A stretch of DNA of 63,057 bases, the filler included, from Octopus bimaculoides (lineage: Eukaryota), in the NCBI RefSeq assembly GCF_001194135.2. It is 11 parts of 10 records of this genome, joined end to end, with 100 filler letters (N's around TTAATTAATTAA, not from the genome) between each part and the next. Parts side by side here need not be neighbours in the genome. Positions count along the whole stretch, not along the records: positions 12,411 to 18,846 come from NC_068984.1; positions 18,947 to 25,338 come from NC_068990.1; positions 25,439 to 32,222 come from NC_068985.1; 8 more parts are not named here. One strand, 5' to 3'. Of the stretch, positions 12,411-25,653 are shown piece after piece. The translations under genes were made by a program, and so were the position numbers. The notes under the pieces were generated by a model. That model searched no databases. It saw only the letters and a program-made list of their open reading frames with translations, and was not told where the DNA came from. Every line of letters starts with the position of its first letter. Positions within the stretch are counted from its first letter, which is position 1.

Positions 12411-14520
12411 AATAATATCCTCCAAAGAGTGATAATGCAACACATGGACGATGCGCCTTCCATTGAAGAAGTAAAACTGGCAATATGGAAACTGAGATCC
12501 AACACAGCTCCTGGGCTGGATGGTATTCCAGCTGAAATTCTGAAAGCAGGTGGGGATCACATCTCCTCCAAAATTCATAGCCTGTTGTGTCAAGTTTGGA
12601 CTGAGTCCTCTGTGCCACAGGAATGGATAAACGGCATTCTAATCCCTATATACAAAGGTAAGGGACCCAAATCAGTGTGTGGTAATTCCAGAGGAATAAC
12701 TCTCCTGGCACATACTGGGAAGATACTTTCGAGGATCATGTTAGAACGTGTGTCCACATGTGATTCCTGAGGAACAGTGTGGTTTCTGAGGAACAGTGTG
12801 GTTTCAGACCCGAGTGGGGAATGATGGATATGATATTTTCTGCAAGGCAGGTTCAGGAGAAATGTTTAGAGGAACAAATGCGACTATACCAGGTTTGTAT
12901 AGATCTAACTAAGGCATTTGACACGGTAAACAGGGACGCACTGTGGATTGTCTTGTGCAAACTTGGTTGCCCGACACATTTTGTGAGCCTCTTCGAGAAA
13001 TTGCACAGCAACATGAAAGCTCAGGTAGTTTTTAATGGTAATCTATCTGATGAATTTTCAGTGGACAACGGTGTAAAACAGGGAGATATTCCTGCCCCTA
13101 CACTTTTCTCTATATATTTTGCCACATTGCTTTGGTATGCATTTGAGGATTGTAACNNNNNNNNNNNNNNNNNNNNNNNNNNNNNNNNNNNNNNNNNNNN
13201 NNNNNNNNNNNNNNNNNNNNNNNNNNNNNNNNNNNNNNNNNNNNNNNNNNNNNNNNNNNNNNNNNNNNNNNNNNNNNNNNNNNNNNNNNNNNNNNNNNNN
13301 NNNNNNNNNNNNNNNNNNNNNNNNNNNNNNNNNNNNNNNNNNNNNNNNNNNNNNNNNNNNNNNNNNNNNNNNNNNNNNNNNNNNNNNNNNNNNNNNNNNN
13401 NNNNNNNNNNNNNNNNNNNNNNNNNNNNNNNNNNNNNNNNNNNNNNNNNNNNNNNNNNNNNNNNNNNNNNNNNNNNNNNNNNNNNNNNNNNNNNNNNNNN
13501 NNNNNNNNNNNNNNNNNNNNNNNNNNNNNNNNNNNNNNNNNNNNNNNNNNNNNNNNNNNNNNNNNNNNNNNNNNNNNNNNNNNNNNNNNNNNNNNNNNNN
13601 NNNNNNNNNNNNNNNNNNNNNNNNNNNNNNNNNNNNNNNNNNNNNNNNNNNNNNNNNNNNNNNNNNNNNNNNNNNNNNNNNNNNNNNNNNNNNNNNNNNN
13701 NNNNNNNNNNNNNNNNNNNNNNNNNNNNNNNNNNNNNNNNNNNNNNNNNNNNNNNNNNNNNNNNNNNNNNNNNNNNNNNNNNNNNNNNNNNNNNNNGCTC
13801 AATTGAAAAACATATTATCCTGGCCCAAATGAGATGGACTGGGCATGTAATTAGAATGAAGGATGATTGTTTGCCGAAGTGCTTATTTTATGGTGAGCTC
13901 AGCTCTGGTGAGTGACCGTGGCAGAAACCGAGAAAGAGGTATAAAGATTGCATTAAACAAAACCTAAAGAAACTAGATATGTATGAAAGTGATTGGGAAG
14001 GAGATGTTCTGGATCGAAGCAAGTGGAGAGCTGTTGTCAGGACGAGCTGTGATGTCTGGGAGGAAAAGATGCTTCAGCAACTTGAGCTTAAGCGGGCCTG
14101 TCGAAAGGGAAAAATTGTAAACAGTGGAGAGTATAGGATGTGTACTGTATGTGATTGCGTTCTTCTGTCAAAAGCAGGAGATGTGAATCACATGAAAACA
14201 CATGAGGGTATAAATTCCAGACACCCTAAATACCAACCGCCTTCTGCGACCCGTGGCATATGTCACAAGGTTTGTAAAACAATACCCGGACTTAAGAGAC
14301 ATATGCTGGTTCACAGTGGCGTTTCCTTAGAATCAGATACCAGCAAGCAAAGATCAAGAGGCTCGAACATTTGTCATCTGTGCGGTAGACCTTGTCGCTC
14401 AGCAGCCAGACTTCAAAGACATTTGAGGGCTCACCAACGGAGTGATTGTACTGCATGATGATATGTGTGGATTGTTGATGGGATGGCTATCGTCTGTCAA
14501 GATGGAGCGGTCGTCATGTA
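12411..14520 (+). mobile_element. Second RTE (BovB-like) LINE, RT to 3' end, with three C-terminal C2H2 fingers and an (ATGT)n tail
   Basis: APGLDGIPAE, NSRGITLL, EEQCGFRP, IDLTKAFDTV, GVKQGD, LAQMRWTGHV. ORF 13979-14458 contains three C2H2-type motifs. Confidence 0.92.
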
Positions 14521-15231
14521 TGTATGTATGTATGTATAAGAAGACCTGTCTTCCACAGCAGAAGTGTTAAGGCTGCATCTCCTAGTGAAGAGGATTAGCC
14601 TTCAAGAGCCCAGTATCAGTGCCACATTAAAAGCACCCAGCACACTCTGTTGCACACAATGTCTCTGCTGTGGAATACATTAACAGTATGCCTATCCGTG
14701 GACTACTCAGCCACTTTTATATTAGTTTCAATGAGCAAGCAGTTCAGTTAAGAAATCAACTGAGTATATTTTTTTCCCAAACAAATGAAGATCTGTTCAC
14801 TTTTTTCTTCTTTTCATTTTGCTAGTTTTGACACTTATATGTGAGCTTTACTCCAAAATGGGCTTTACTGGAACCATGTAGAGATCCAGTAACTAATCGT
14901 TCTTGAATACCTGACCCTAAAATTTATTCCAGTTGTTGTGAAGCTGCTTTCTTGATGTTATACGCACAATAGTTGCTGCCTTGATTTCGAGCTTAACCAC
15001 TCTCCTATTGCAGATACATGCTTCTGACAGGGTTTGTGTAGCATTTCTACTATGAGTGTTCACATGACTACCTTGTCTTAATTTTACTGTAAATATTTTG
15101 TGAGAAATATAACACATAATTTTATGAAGAACCACACCAGGATCAATTCTGCCCCTATACTTTCATTGGAAAGGAAATTTCAGACCAGCAGTAGAGGAGT
15201 TCACCTTTGGACATGAAAGGGCAGCATCATT

Positions 15232-15540
15232 ATATGTGGCAGATGTGCAGGTACATCAAACACTGGGGGTTGTTTAGAATACAGACTCTTTCAAATGTTT
15301 GGGAGGATCCTTAGAAGTAGTAGACAGTTTCCATTACTTAAGCTGTGGAGGAGGTAGTTCAAAGTTCAGAGAGCTACTACTTCTGTTAGTAAGAAATGGC
15401 CTCTTACTCAGAGTCAAAGCAGAATGTATGCATATGAACACACATGGCAGAGAGACGTAGGCTGTGACTAGGGAGGACATGTGAAGGCTTGATAGGAATG
15501 AAGCCACCATACTGCACTGGATGAGTAATGTCATAGACTT
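15232..15540 (+). mobile_element. Old, diverged fragment of RTE family A (C-terminal RT region)
   Basis: CGRC...LEVVDSFHYL...AVTREDM*RLDRNEA is homologous to 36905-37170. Confidence 0.65.
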
Positions 15541-16335
15541 GTAAGGGTCCCTCTTCTAAAATTCATTTGTCTGTGATGAAAAATATTCCTCCAGTACTGT
15601 TCTGACATTGACTTAAAGAATTCATATTTTTTTCCTTCCAAACGATTTTGAAGACTGTGGAATAAATGATAATCAGCTAGGGTAATTTCCGGTGAACATG
15701 TTGGGTGGGGTATTGTTTCTCATTCAAACTGCCCCAGCCTTTGGAATGTCATCTTTGCCATGTGTGGCTGAGTATTATCCTGATGGAAGAACATCTTTCA
15801 TCTTAAAACCAAAAATGGTCGTTTTTCTTCTAGCGCAGGTGTCGATGAATGGTTGAATGACAAAATCCAAGCTTCTCTGCTAGTTCCTCAACAGCTACGT
15901 TGGGATTTTCTTCCACCAGGGTTTGCAGGATGTTCTTGTTCTCATCAAACTCTACAGATCTTCCAGGCCAAGGCTCATCTTCTAGGCCGCAGTTTACAGT
16001 TCAGAATTTCTGGAATCACCATTGAACTTGGCTTATGCTTATTGCCTGATCCCAATATAGGGCATTAATATTCCTTGCACTTTCCATTGTGTTGCTGCCT
16101 TTATAGAACTCATAAAGCAAAATATGCTGAATATGCGCCTTTGTCACTTCCATTATAACTTTGTAAAAATAACTGTTAAAATCGAACTGCACTCTTCAAA
16201 ACTTTCACTAAGAATAATCACAAGGTAAAATTACTACCTGCTTTTATCACAAGTTGATGCAGTCAGTTTATCCCATCCCCTTCCGACTTTTAGTTCATGC
16301 AATTGAAAAAAACCCCACATTATTTATGAGATGAA

Positions 16336-16339
<4 letters not shown>
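15541..16339 (-). mobile_element. mariner transposon remnant, internally deleted
   Basis: Minus strand encodes MEVTKAHIQHILLYEFYKG...LEDEPWPGRS...ELAEKLGF and FHQDNTQPH...HPTCSPEITLADYHLFHSLQN (YSPDL motif region). A mariner-like terminal sequence lies at ~16310-16339 next to (TA)n. Confidence 0.88.
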
Positions 16340-16386
<47 letters not shown>

Positions 16387-16792
16387 GCACGTACACACAA
16401 GTAAATATATTTGTTGTTATAAGTATGTATTGGATTTTGTCTTTGATGCTAACATTTAGAATGGTCAGTTTATATGAAGAGGAAGGAAATGTCTGCTAAT
16501 GGTTTGTATCATCCTTGGAGGGATATTCTGCATGATGTATTGAATAAACAGTAGTCTCCCATATATATCACATAGCAAAGAGGAAGAAATTTCAGTCAAC
16601 TCAGACAGACTATCCTTGTGATTTGAAATTAAAAACTTCCTTAAGGGATACACGTGCTTGCATAAGGACATAATCTCTCTCACACACACACACTAATGCA
16701 CACACATATATACATACATACACATATTTACATATATTTATCTATGTGTGTGTGTGTATATATACATATATATACATATATATGCATATATA

Positions 16793-16890
<98 letters not shown>

Positions 16891-17436
16891 TGTGTGTGTG
16901 TGTGTGTATGTGTACGGATGTGTGTGTATGTGTTTCAGCATTAAGGCTGAATTCGAAAATTGTTTGAACCAACCAAGCAGTGCCATCATCAAAAAGAATT
17001 GATAAAAAGAGAACTGTCATCAATTTATTACTGTTGTATTAGGAAGAAAAACAAATATTACACTTTTTAAAAGAAAAACTGTATGTTTACAGGTTTGAGG
17101 CATATAAGAAGAAAAGGCAACATAAACATTTTTTAAAGTTGGTTTGAAAAAAAACAAAAATAAATCGATAGTACTTCAAAACAAGTGATAAACATATTCA
17201 TAAATGTATGCTGTAGAAACTAGGGGGAGGTAATAAATAACCATAATTTATGGATGAACTGACATAAATACATGCAAACAATCATGAGTATGTTTTGTGC
17301 AGCAGAATATATGCATACATGTGTATGTGCGAGTGCATGTGTACGTGTGTGTATATGTGCATATATATATATATGTATGTGTATGTATATATACAAACAT
17401 ATAGATATATAATATATGTGTATATGTATATAATAA

Positions 17437-17480
<44 letters not shown>

Positions 17481-17493
17481 ACATACACACACG

Positions 17494-17572
<79 letters not shown>

Positions 17573-17577
17573 ATATA

Positions 17578-17629
<52 letters not shown>

Positions 17630-18210
17630 CGTGCGTGTGTCTGTATGTATATAAGGCTGTATGCATGGAGATATTTATATAATGCTGTGTAAGAATTTAT
17701 AAATATATATAATAGTATATAGACATACAAAACTACCAAAAGCCGAACCTATTTTCAAGCAGCTTACATGCATTTTATAAAACTAAATAGATACAAGCGT
17801 GCATGTTCAAAAGAAACGTATTAACAGAGGTGTCCCTATTTTTTATACACTACTTTGTTATTTTATACATACGTGAATGGTTACATACCATAAATTTGTC
17901 CAGTAATACAAATGTATAATAACTGATGTCCACTGTATTTCAATGTTCTGTTCTGATGCTTTCAATGTAAAACAAAATAATAGCATATATTTTTTGTATT
18001 TAACTAGTATTAGTAGCTTGTAACAAAACACAAATACAGGGGGAAAAAGAAGTAAAACTATGATTGTTTGCAATACTTGAGAAGAACATGGTGTAATTCA
18101 TACACGCAAAAATATATACACACACATATATACATACACACATATATACATACATATACATATATATACATACATATATATATATATATNNNNNNNNNNA
18201 TATGTATATG

Positions 18211-18241
<31 letters not shown>

Positions 18242-18706
18242 ATTTTTATGTATGCATGTAGCTGATAATTATAAGCTTGATTTTGGCAAGAAACTTGTTG
18301 AATGCCATCATTGAAGGCAAGCGATAAATAATAAGTTGATTTTATTGTGAAAAAGATATGACACATTGAATATCTTTCACTTCCAACTAAAAGATCATTT
18401 GCTGTTGCTCAGTCAGAAATCATATTCATTTCTCATAAAACTGTAAATATGAAACATAAAAAGCGGTCACTGTTCAAAGTGATACTTTTTCCTCCAAAAT
18501 TCTTGTGAACAATCTCTCTAAAAGTGCCATACAGTAATAAAACCATGAATATGAATCAAAAACGTGGTATGTGTTCAAATATGTACATAGGTTTTATTGC
18601 TTAATGCTGTTTTTTCTCTGAGAATGTGGCAATACACAGTAAGGTCTAATTGTTTATTTTTATTTTCATCTGTGTAACTAGTCATATGCAAAAATTCTAG
18701 GAGAAT

Positions 18707-18742
<36 letters not shown>

Positions 18743-19578
18743 TAAAAATGTATATATATATATACATTTATATGTACATAAGCATATAAATGTGTATACA
18801 TGCATTTATATGTACATATACATATAAATGTATACATATGTATGTGNNNNNNNNNNNNNNNNNNNNNNNNNNNNNNNNNNNNNNNNNNNNTTAATTAATT
18901 AANNNNNNNNNNNNNNNNNNNNNNNNNNNNNNNNNNNNNNNNNNNNATATATATGTATATATATATATATATATATATCATATATTATATTATATATATA
19001 TATATGAGACAAGATATGTCTCTAACAAAAGTACCATTATTTTTCTATGTTGTTCAATATTCTCAACTGATCACTAGACCAATGACTACTAGAAACAGCT
19101 GTAAGCCAAATTTTCTCCAATCGAGTAAAAGTATGTAACGACAATTATTTATAACTTTTGTTATATATATATGTGTGTGTTTGTGTGTGTTTGTGCGTGT
19201 GCGTATGTTTGTGTAACCGTAAAGATAATTCTAGTCAACCATTGCTTTTTGCTTTTGTTTTCTTTGGCAGATAGTGGTCTCGTGCGGTCTCGTGATGTAA
19301 TGGCATTTTTTCTTATTTTTCTTCTTTGGTATTCTAATTCATTTTTGCAATAGGTGACAGTCCGTGGTTTTAGTAAAATTTCCCTGCTATTTACCAACGT
19401 ATTAGACTGCTGCGCCGGGGTAACACAACAAATTTATATAAAGATCGCGACTCATAAAGCTGAGACAGTTATTATACACACTCTTATGTACACTGCAAAT
19501 GAAATGTGTAGCATTTTCAGGAGTCAACAAGTACATATATGTGTGTATACACACACACACACACACACACACACTTAC

Positions 19579-19611
<33 letters not shown>

Positions 19612-19628
19612 CACAGACACATACACAG

Positions 19629-19666
<38 letters not shown>

Positions 19667-20343
19667 CGGTTATTTTTCAACTATAAATTACCTTAAGACC
19701 TTGTATACCGACAAGTGAAACAATGGTAAAAGACTAACCCGAACAAAATAATATATATTATTACAGAATTGAGTACTTATTTTCCGATATTGAACGCCAA
19801 ATGGGGATACATATAATCATACATATTTGCATATATATATATATATATATATATATANNNNNNNNNNNNNNNNNNNNNNNNNNNNNNNNNNNNNNNNNNN
19901 NNNNNNNNNNNNNNNNNNNNNNNNNNNNNNNNNNNNNNNNNNNNNNNNNNNNNNNNNNNNNNNNNNNNNNNNNNNNNNNNNNNNNNNNNNNNNNNNNNNN
20001 NNNNNNNNNNNNNNNNNNNNNNNNNNNNNNNNNNNNNNNNNNNNNNNNNNNNNNNNNNNNNNNNNNNNNNNNNNNNNNNNNNNNNNNNNNNNNNNNNNNN
20101 NNNNNNNNNNNNNNNNNNNNNNNNNNNNNNNNNNNNNNNNNNNNNNNNNNNNNNNNNNNNNNNNNNNNNNNNNNNNATGTAAATATATACATATATATAT
20201 ATGCCAGAGTAAGCACATAAATGCGAAACAAGGTGGGAAAAAGTACTCGAATACCAGGGGTAGAATAATATACCCTATTAAAAAGCAGTAGAAATACTTG
20301 CTGAAAGAGATATGTGTGTACGTATACGTGTACGTATTTGTGT

Positions 20344-20386
<43 letters not shown>

Positions 20387-21036
20387 TGTGTGTGTGTGTG
20401 TCTGAGTGTATGTCTGCCTGTGTGTGTCTGTGTGTGATTGTGTGTGTCGGTGTGTGCGCGCGCATGTGAGTGTATGCGTGCGCGTGTGTTTGTGTATTTG
20501 TGTGTCTGTGTGTGCGTGCGTCTTTCTGTGTGTGCGTGTTTATGAATATGTGTGTGATAAATTAATGATCTTATTGTCAAGATGGTTGTTAAAATGCCGC
20601 TTAGGTGGACTATGCTTTTATACTTTCGGGCATGATAATATATAAGTACCAGTTGAACATGGAAGTATTGATGCAATTGACTTGACCGCCCGTCCCAAAT
20701 CTCAGGCTTTGCGTATGTAATAGAAAGAATTATTTTAAGGATAGTTCAGTACCACAGCAGAACTGTGATTGAAATTGCGATTATTCAATTTGTAACTAGT
20801 GGAACTTCTAACTTCGCCGAATGGTACGAAGTTTGATTGAGCGATTTGGTGAATCAGGAAGTCGAAGTCCATACAAAGTTCAATCTACATTAAGAACGCA
20901 CGCATACACGCACAAATATACACACACACTCATACTCACATACACACACACACACATATATACATATATGTATATAGATATATATATTTGTATATATATG
21001 TATATATATATATATATTTGTATATATATTTATATA

Positions 21037-21085
<49 letters not shown>

Positions 21086-22034
21086 NNNNNNNNNNNNNNN
21101 NNNNNNNNNNNNNNNNNNNNNNNNNNNNNNNNNNNNNNNNNNNNNNNNNNNNNNNNNNNNNNNNNNNNNNNNNNNNNNNNNNNNNNNNNNNNNNNNNNNN
21201 NNNNNNNNNNNNNNNNNNNNNNNNNNNNNNNNNNNNNNNNNNNNNNNNNNNNNNNNNNNNNNNNNNNNNNNNNNNNNNNNNNNNNNNNNNNNNNNNNNNN
21301 NNNNNNNNNNNNNNNNNNNNNNNNNNNNNNNNNNNNNNNNNNNNNNNNNNNNNNNNNNNNNNNNNNNNNNNNNNNNNNNNNNNNNNNNNNNNNNNNNNNN
21401 NNNNNNNNNNNNNNNNNNNNNNNNNNNNNNNNNNNNNNNNNNNNNNNNNNNNNNNNNNNNNNNNNNNNNNNNNNNNNNNNNNNNNNNNNNNNNNNNNNNN
21501 NNNNNNNNNNNNNNNNNNNNNNNNNNNNNNNNNNNNNNNNNNNNNNNNNNNNNNNNNNNNNNNNNNNNNNNNNNNNNNNNNNNNNNNNNNNNNNNNNNNN
21601 NNNNNNNNNNNNNNNNNNNNNNNNNNNNNNNNNNNNNNNNNNNNNNNNNNNNNNNNNNNNNNNNNNNNNNNNNNNNNNNNNNNNNNNNNNNNNNNNNNNN
21701 NNNNNNNNNNNNNNNNNNNNNNNNNNNNNNNNNNNNNNNNNNNNNNNNNNNNNNNNNNNNNNNNNNNNNNNNNNNNNNNNNNNNNNNNNNNNNNNNNNNN
21801 NNNNNNNNNNNNNNNNNNNNNNNNNNNNNNNNNNNNNNNNNNNNNNNNNNNNNNNNNNNNNNNNNNNNNNNNNNNNNNNNNNNNNNNNNNNNNNNNNNNN
21901 NNNNNNNNNNNNNNNNNNNNNNNNNNNNNNNNNNNNNNNNNNNNNNNNNNNNNNNNNNNNNNNNNNNNNNNNNNNNNNNNNNNNNNNNNNNNNNNNNNNN
22001 NNNNNNNNNNNNNNNNNNNNNNNNNCATATATAT

Positions 22035-22078
<44 letters not shown>

Positions 22079-22426
22079 TTATATACATGTACATACATAA
22101 ATATATACACATGTGTGTGCGCGCGCAAGTGTAAGTATATATATATATATATATATATATGCTCTTTTAATTTTTTACTCGTTTCAGTCATTATATACCT
22201 GTTTTATATTGACAGAGGGCATAACATTTTTATAGTGATTGTCGATAAAAAAGGACTCCAGTTTTGAAATAGTACTATAATTTTCGACCCCGGAATTTTG
22301 AAGGAAAGCATGGACCCCAGCATTAGTTGAGAGTTAAGAGACGTATCGCAACACTCTAACGATTCCGCTAGCGCATAACCATATATACATGCGTGAGTAT
22401 GCGTGTGTGTATGTGTATGTGTGCGT

Positions 22427-22475
<49 letters not shown>

Positions 22476-23296
22476 GCGCGTGTGTGTGTTCGTTTTTGCA
22501 TCGAGTTGTAATAAAAAAAATATTACATTTAACTAAAGGACTACTCAATATTTATGGCAGAGTACTTAATTATTATTCGATATCAAGAATACTTTTGACA
22601 GGGATCTCGAAGTTTCGGTTTGATTATATTTCATCGGACTGTCATAAATATATTTATAAATACAAATATTTCTAAATAATTTTATGCAATTATAGTTTGT
22701 AAATAATCACATATGATAAAGACATATATATACNNNNNNNNNNNNNNNNNNNNNNNNNNNNNNNNNNNNNNNNNNNNNNNNNNNNNNNNNNNNNNNNNNN
22801 NNNNNNNNNNNNNNNNNNNNNNNNNNNNNNNNNNNNNNNNNNNNNNNNNNNNNNNNNNNNNNNNNNNNNNNNNNNNNNNNNNNNNNNNNNNNNNNNNNNN
22901 NNNNNNNNNNNNNNNNNNNNNNNNNNNNNNNNNNNNNNNNNNNNNNNNNNNNNNNNNNNNNNNNNNNNNNNNNNNNNNNNNNNNNNNNNNNNNNNNNNNN
23001 NNNNNNNNNNNNNNNNNNNNNNNNNNNNNNNNNNNNNNNNNNNNNNNNNNNNNNNNNNNNNNNNNNNNNNNNNNNNNNNNNNNNNNNNNNNNNNNNNNNN
23101 NNNNNNNNNNNNNNNNNNNNNNNNNNNNNNNNNNNNNNNNNNNNNNNNNNNNNNNNNNNNNNNNNNNNNNNNNNNNNNNNNNNNNNNNNNNNNNNNNNNN
23201 NNNNNNNNNNNNNNNGAGGGCTTATATACCCCCTTCATTAGGCTATTTTCATTAGTCATTGCACGGTCATCGCCATAAGCTTTAAGCTTATAAAAA

Positions 23297-23339
<43 letters not shown>

Positions 23340-23504
23340 CATATATACATATATATTTATATATACACAGGATATACTTTATATACATATATGTATATAT
23401 GTGTGTGTATTGATATATACATATACATATTGATATACGTAGATACTTAGATAAGCATCGGCTAGAACTGGCACAGGCCATAGCTTCTATATTAATACCA
23501 CTTG

Positions 23505-23723
23505 GAAGGAAGTCGTCGAGCTGACAGAAGTGTTAGCACACCGGGCAAAATGCTGAGCGGTATTTCGTCTGTCTTTACGTTCTGGGTTCAAAATCCGCTG
23601 AGGTCGACTTTGCCTTTCATCCTTTCGGAGTCGATGAATTAGGTACCAGTTGCGTACTGGTGTCGATCTCATCAGCTGCCTCCTCCCTAAAAATTTCGAG
23701 CCTTGTTCCTACAGTAGAAAAGC
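23505..23723 (+). mobile_element. tRNA-derived SINE (type A) with 13-bp target-site duplication
   Basis: B-box-like GGGTTCAAATCC; TSD TTAATACCACTTG at 23492-23504 and 23724-23736; homologous copies at 59775-59950 and 42935-43465. Confidence 0.85.
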
Positions 23724-24289
23724 TTAATACCACTTGCAGCTGACATTTACTTATACTTCATATTGTAGTAAATTTTTGGCTACCATAGGCCATTGCAGTA
23801 TAGGATATAACAGTGGTTAGGTCATACTTCTGGAATTTGTTGCTGATATTCTTCCCCCAACAGATATAGATACATACATATCTATATATATATATATATA
23901 TATATGTATCTATACGAGCTGGCAGTAACGCTAACGCGCCGGCGAAATTCTTATCAGTATTTTCGTCTGTCATTACGTTTTTTCTAAATGGCGGTGCACC
24001 AGCATGGCCGCAGCAAAAAAAATATATTTATATATTCGCTTATTCTTTTACTTGAAGAGTCTTAGTCGACCACAGGACTTATTTCTTTTAAGTTTAGTAT
24101 TTATTCTATCGGGGTTTTCTGCCGAACAAAGCCACACCGGTAGCCTAGTGGTGATATATACATATATATATGTATATATATATATATAACTTCTGCCGAT
24201 TAATATTATATATACACACGCATATTTACACACACACACATATATATATATAAGTATATAAGTACGTACACACACACATATATATATAA

Positions 24290-24322
<33 letters not shown>

Positions 24323-24977
24323 NNNNNNNNNNNNNNNNNNNNNNNNNNNNNNNNNNNNNNNNNNNNNNNNNNNNNNNNNNNNNNNNNNNNNNNNNNNNNN
24401 NNNNNNNNNNNNNNNNNNNNNNNNNNNNNNNNNNNNNNNNNNNNNNNNNNNNNNNNNNNNNNNNNNNNNNNNNNNNNNNNNNNNNNNNNNNNNNNNNNNN
24501 NNNNNNNNNNNNNNNNNNNNNNNNNNNNNNNNNNNNNNNNNNNNNNNNNNNNNNNNNNNNNNNNNNNNNNNNNNNNNNNNNNNNNNNNNNNNNNNNNNNN
24601 NNNNNNNNNNNNNNNNNNNNNNNNNNNNNNNNNNNNNNNNNNNNNNNNNNNNNNNNNNNNNNNNNNNNNNNNNNNNNNNNNNNNNNNNNNNNNNNNNNNN
24701 NNNNNNNNNNNNNNNNNNNNNNNNNNNNNNNNNNNNNNNNNNNNNNNNNNNNNNNNNNNNNNNNNNNNNNNNNNNNNNNNNNNNNNNNNNNNNNNNNNNN
24801 NNNNNNNNNNNNNNNNNNNNNNNNNNNNNNNNNNNNNNNNNNNNNNNNNNNNNNNNNNNNNNNNNNNNNNNNNNNNNNNNNNNNNNNNNNNNNNNNNNNN
24901 NNNNNNNNNNNNNNNNNNNNNNNNNNNNNNNNNNNNNNNNNNNNNNNNNNNNNNNNNNNNNNNNNNNNNNNNNNNNN

Positions 24978-25042
24978 TAGCTTCGGGCTGACCAAAGCCT
25001 TGTGAGTGGATTTAGTAGGAGTAACCTGAAAGGCACCCGTCG

Positions 25043-25077
<35 letters not shown>

Positions 25078-25270
25078 ATTTGTGTGTCTGTGTTTGTGGC
25101 CACACCATAGCTTGACAATCGATGTTGGTGTGTTTACGTCCCTGTAACTTAGCGGTTCGGCAAAAGTGACTAGTGGAATGAGTACTAGGATTACAGAGAA
25201 AATAATCCTGGGATCAGTTTGTTCGACTAAAGGCGGTGCTCCAGCATGGCCTCAGTCAAATGATTGAAAC
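24978..25270 (+). mobile_element. SINE type B, 3' part
   Basis: Matches 38700-38995 (CCGACCAAAGCCTTGTGAGTGGATTT...GTAACTTAGCGGTTCGGCAAA...CAGTCAAATGACTGAAACAA). Confidence 0.85.
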
Positions 25271-25438
25271 AAATAAAGGAAAAAAAGAAAATTCTCATGA
25301 TTTGTATTCTACTTTTCCTGTTTGCATTACCAAATATCNNNNNNNNNNNNNNNNNNNNNNNNNNNNNNNNNNNNNNNNNNNNTTAATTAATTAANNNNNN
25401 NNNNNNNNNNNNNNNNNNNNNNNNNNNNNNNNNNNNNN

Positions 25439-25653
25439 ACCATTTTGAGCGTGGCCGTTGCCAGTACCACCTGACTAGCCTTCGTGCCGGTGGCATGTAA
25501 AAGCACCCACTACACTCTCGGAGTGGTTGGCGTTAGGAAGGGCATCCAGCTGTAGAAACTCTACCAAATCAGATTGGAGCCTGGTTCACCAGTCCTCAGT
25601 CAAATCGTCCAACCCATGCTAGCATAGAAAGCAGACGTTAAACGATGATGATA
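25439..25653 (+). mobile_element. 3' end of RTE family A with (GAT)n tail
   Basis: Same sequence family as 38110-38338. Confidence 0.85.

Noticed and set aside
12060-14458. RTE C2H2 tails as the source of the host TGEKP zinc-finger expansion
   Set aside because: Finger spacing, linkers and helix sequences differ from the host array, and co-location in this window is an artefact of concatenation.
16465-16689. 74-aa non-repetitive minus-strand ORF, and [21 protein letters not shown] at ~16935-17002
   Set aside because: No recognisable domain or convincing splice structure; the length is within chance expectation.
16696-17739. Many ORFs rich in YI, CV, TH or poly-N/I (also 2235-2597, 20278-20676, 33946-34584, 59291-59503)
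   Set aside because: They are translations of di- and trinucleotide microsatellites.
20700-20880. [14 protein letters not shown] as a Tc1/mariner HTH fragment
   Set aside because: Too short, with no TIR or catalytic motif nearby.
20821-25118. Long ORFs made mostly of X (also 636-1736, 32718-33866, 60328-61431, and the N-terminal part of 54901-57777)
   Set aside because: They are open only because N runs contain no stops. The 54901 start of the ZNF ORF is unsupported.
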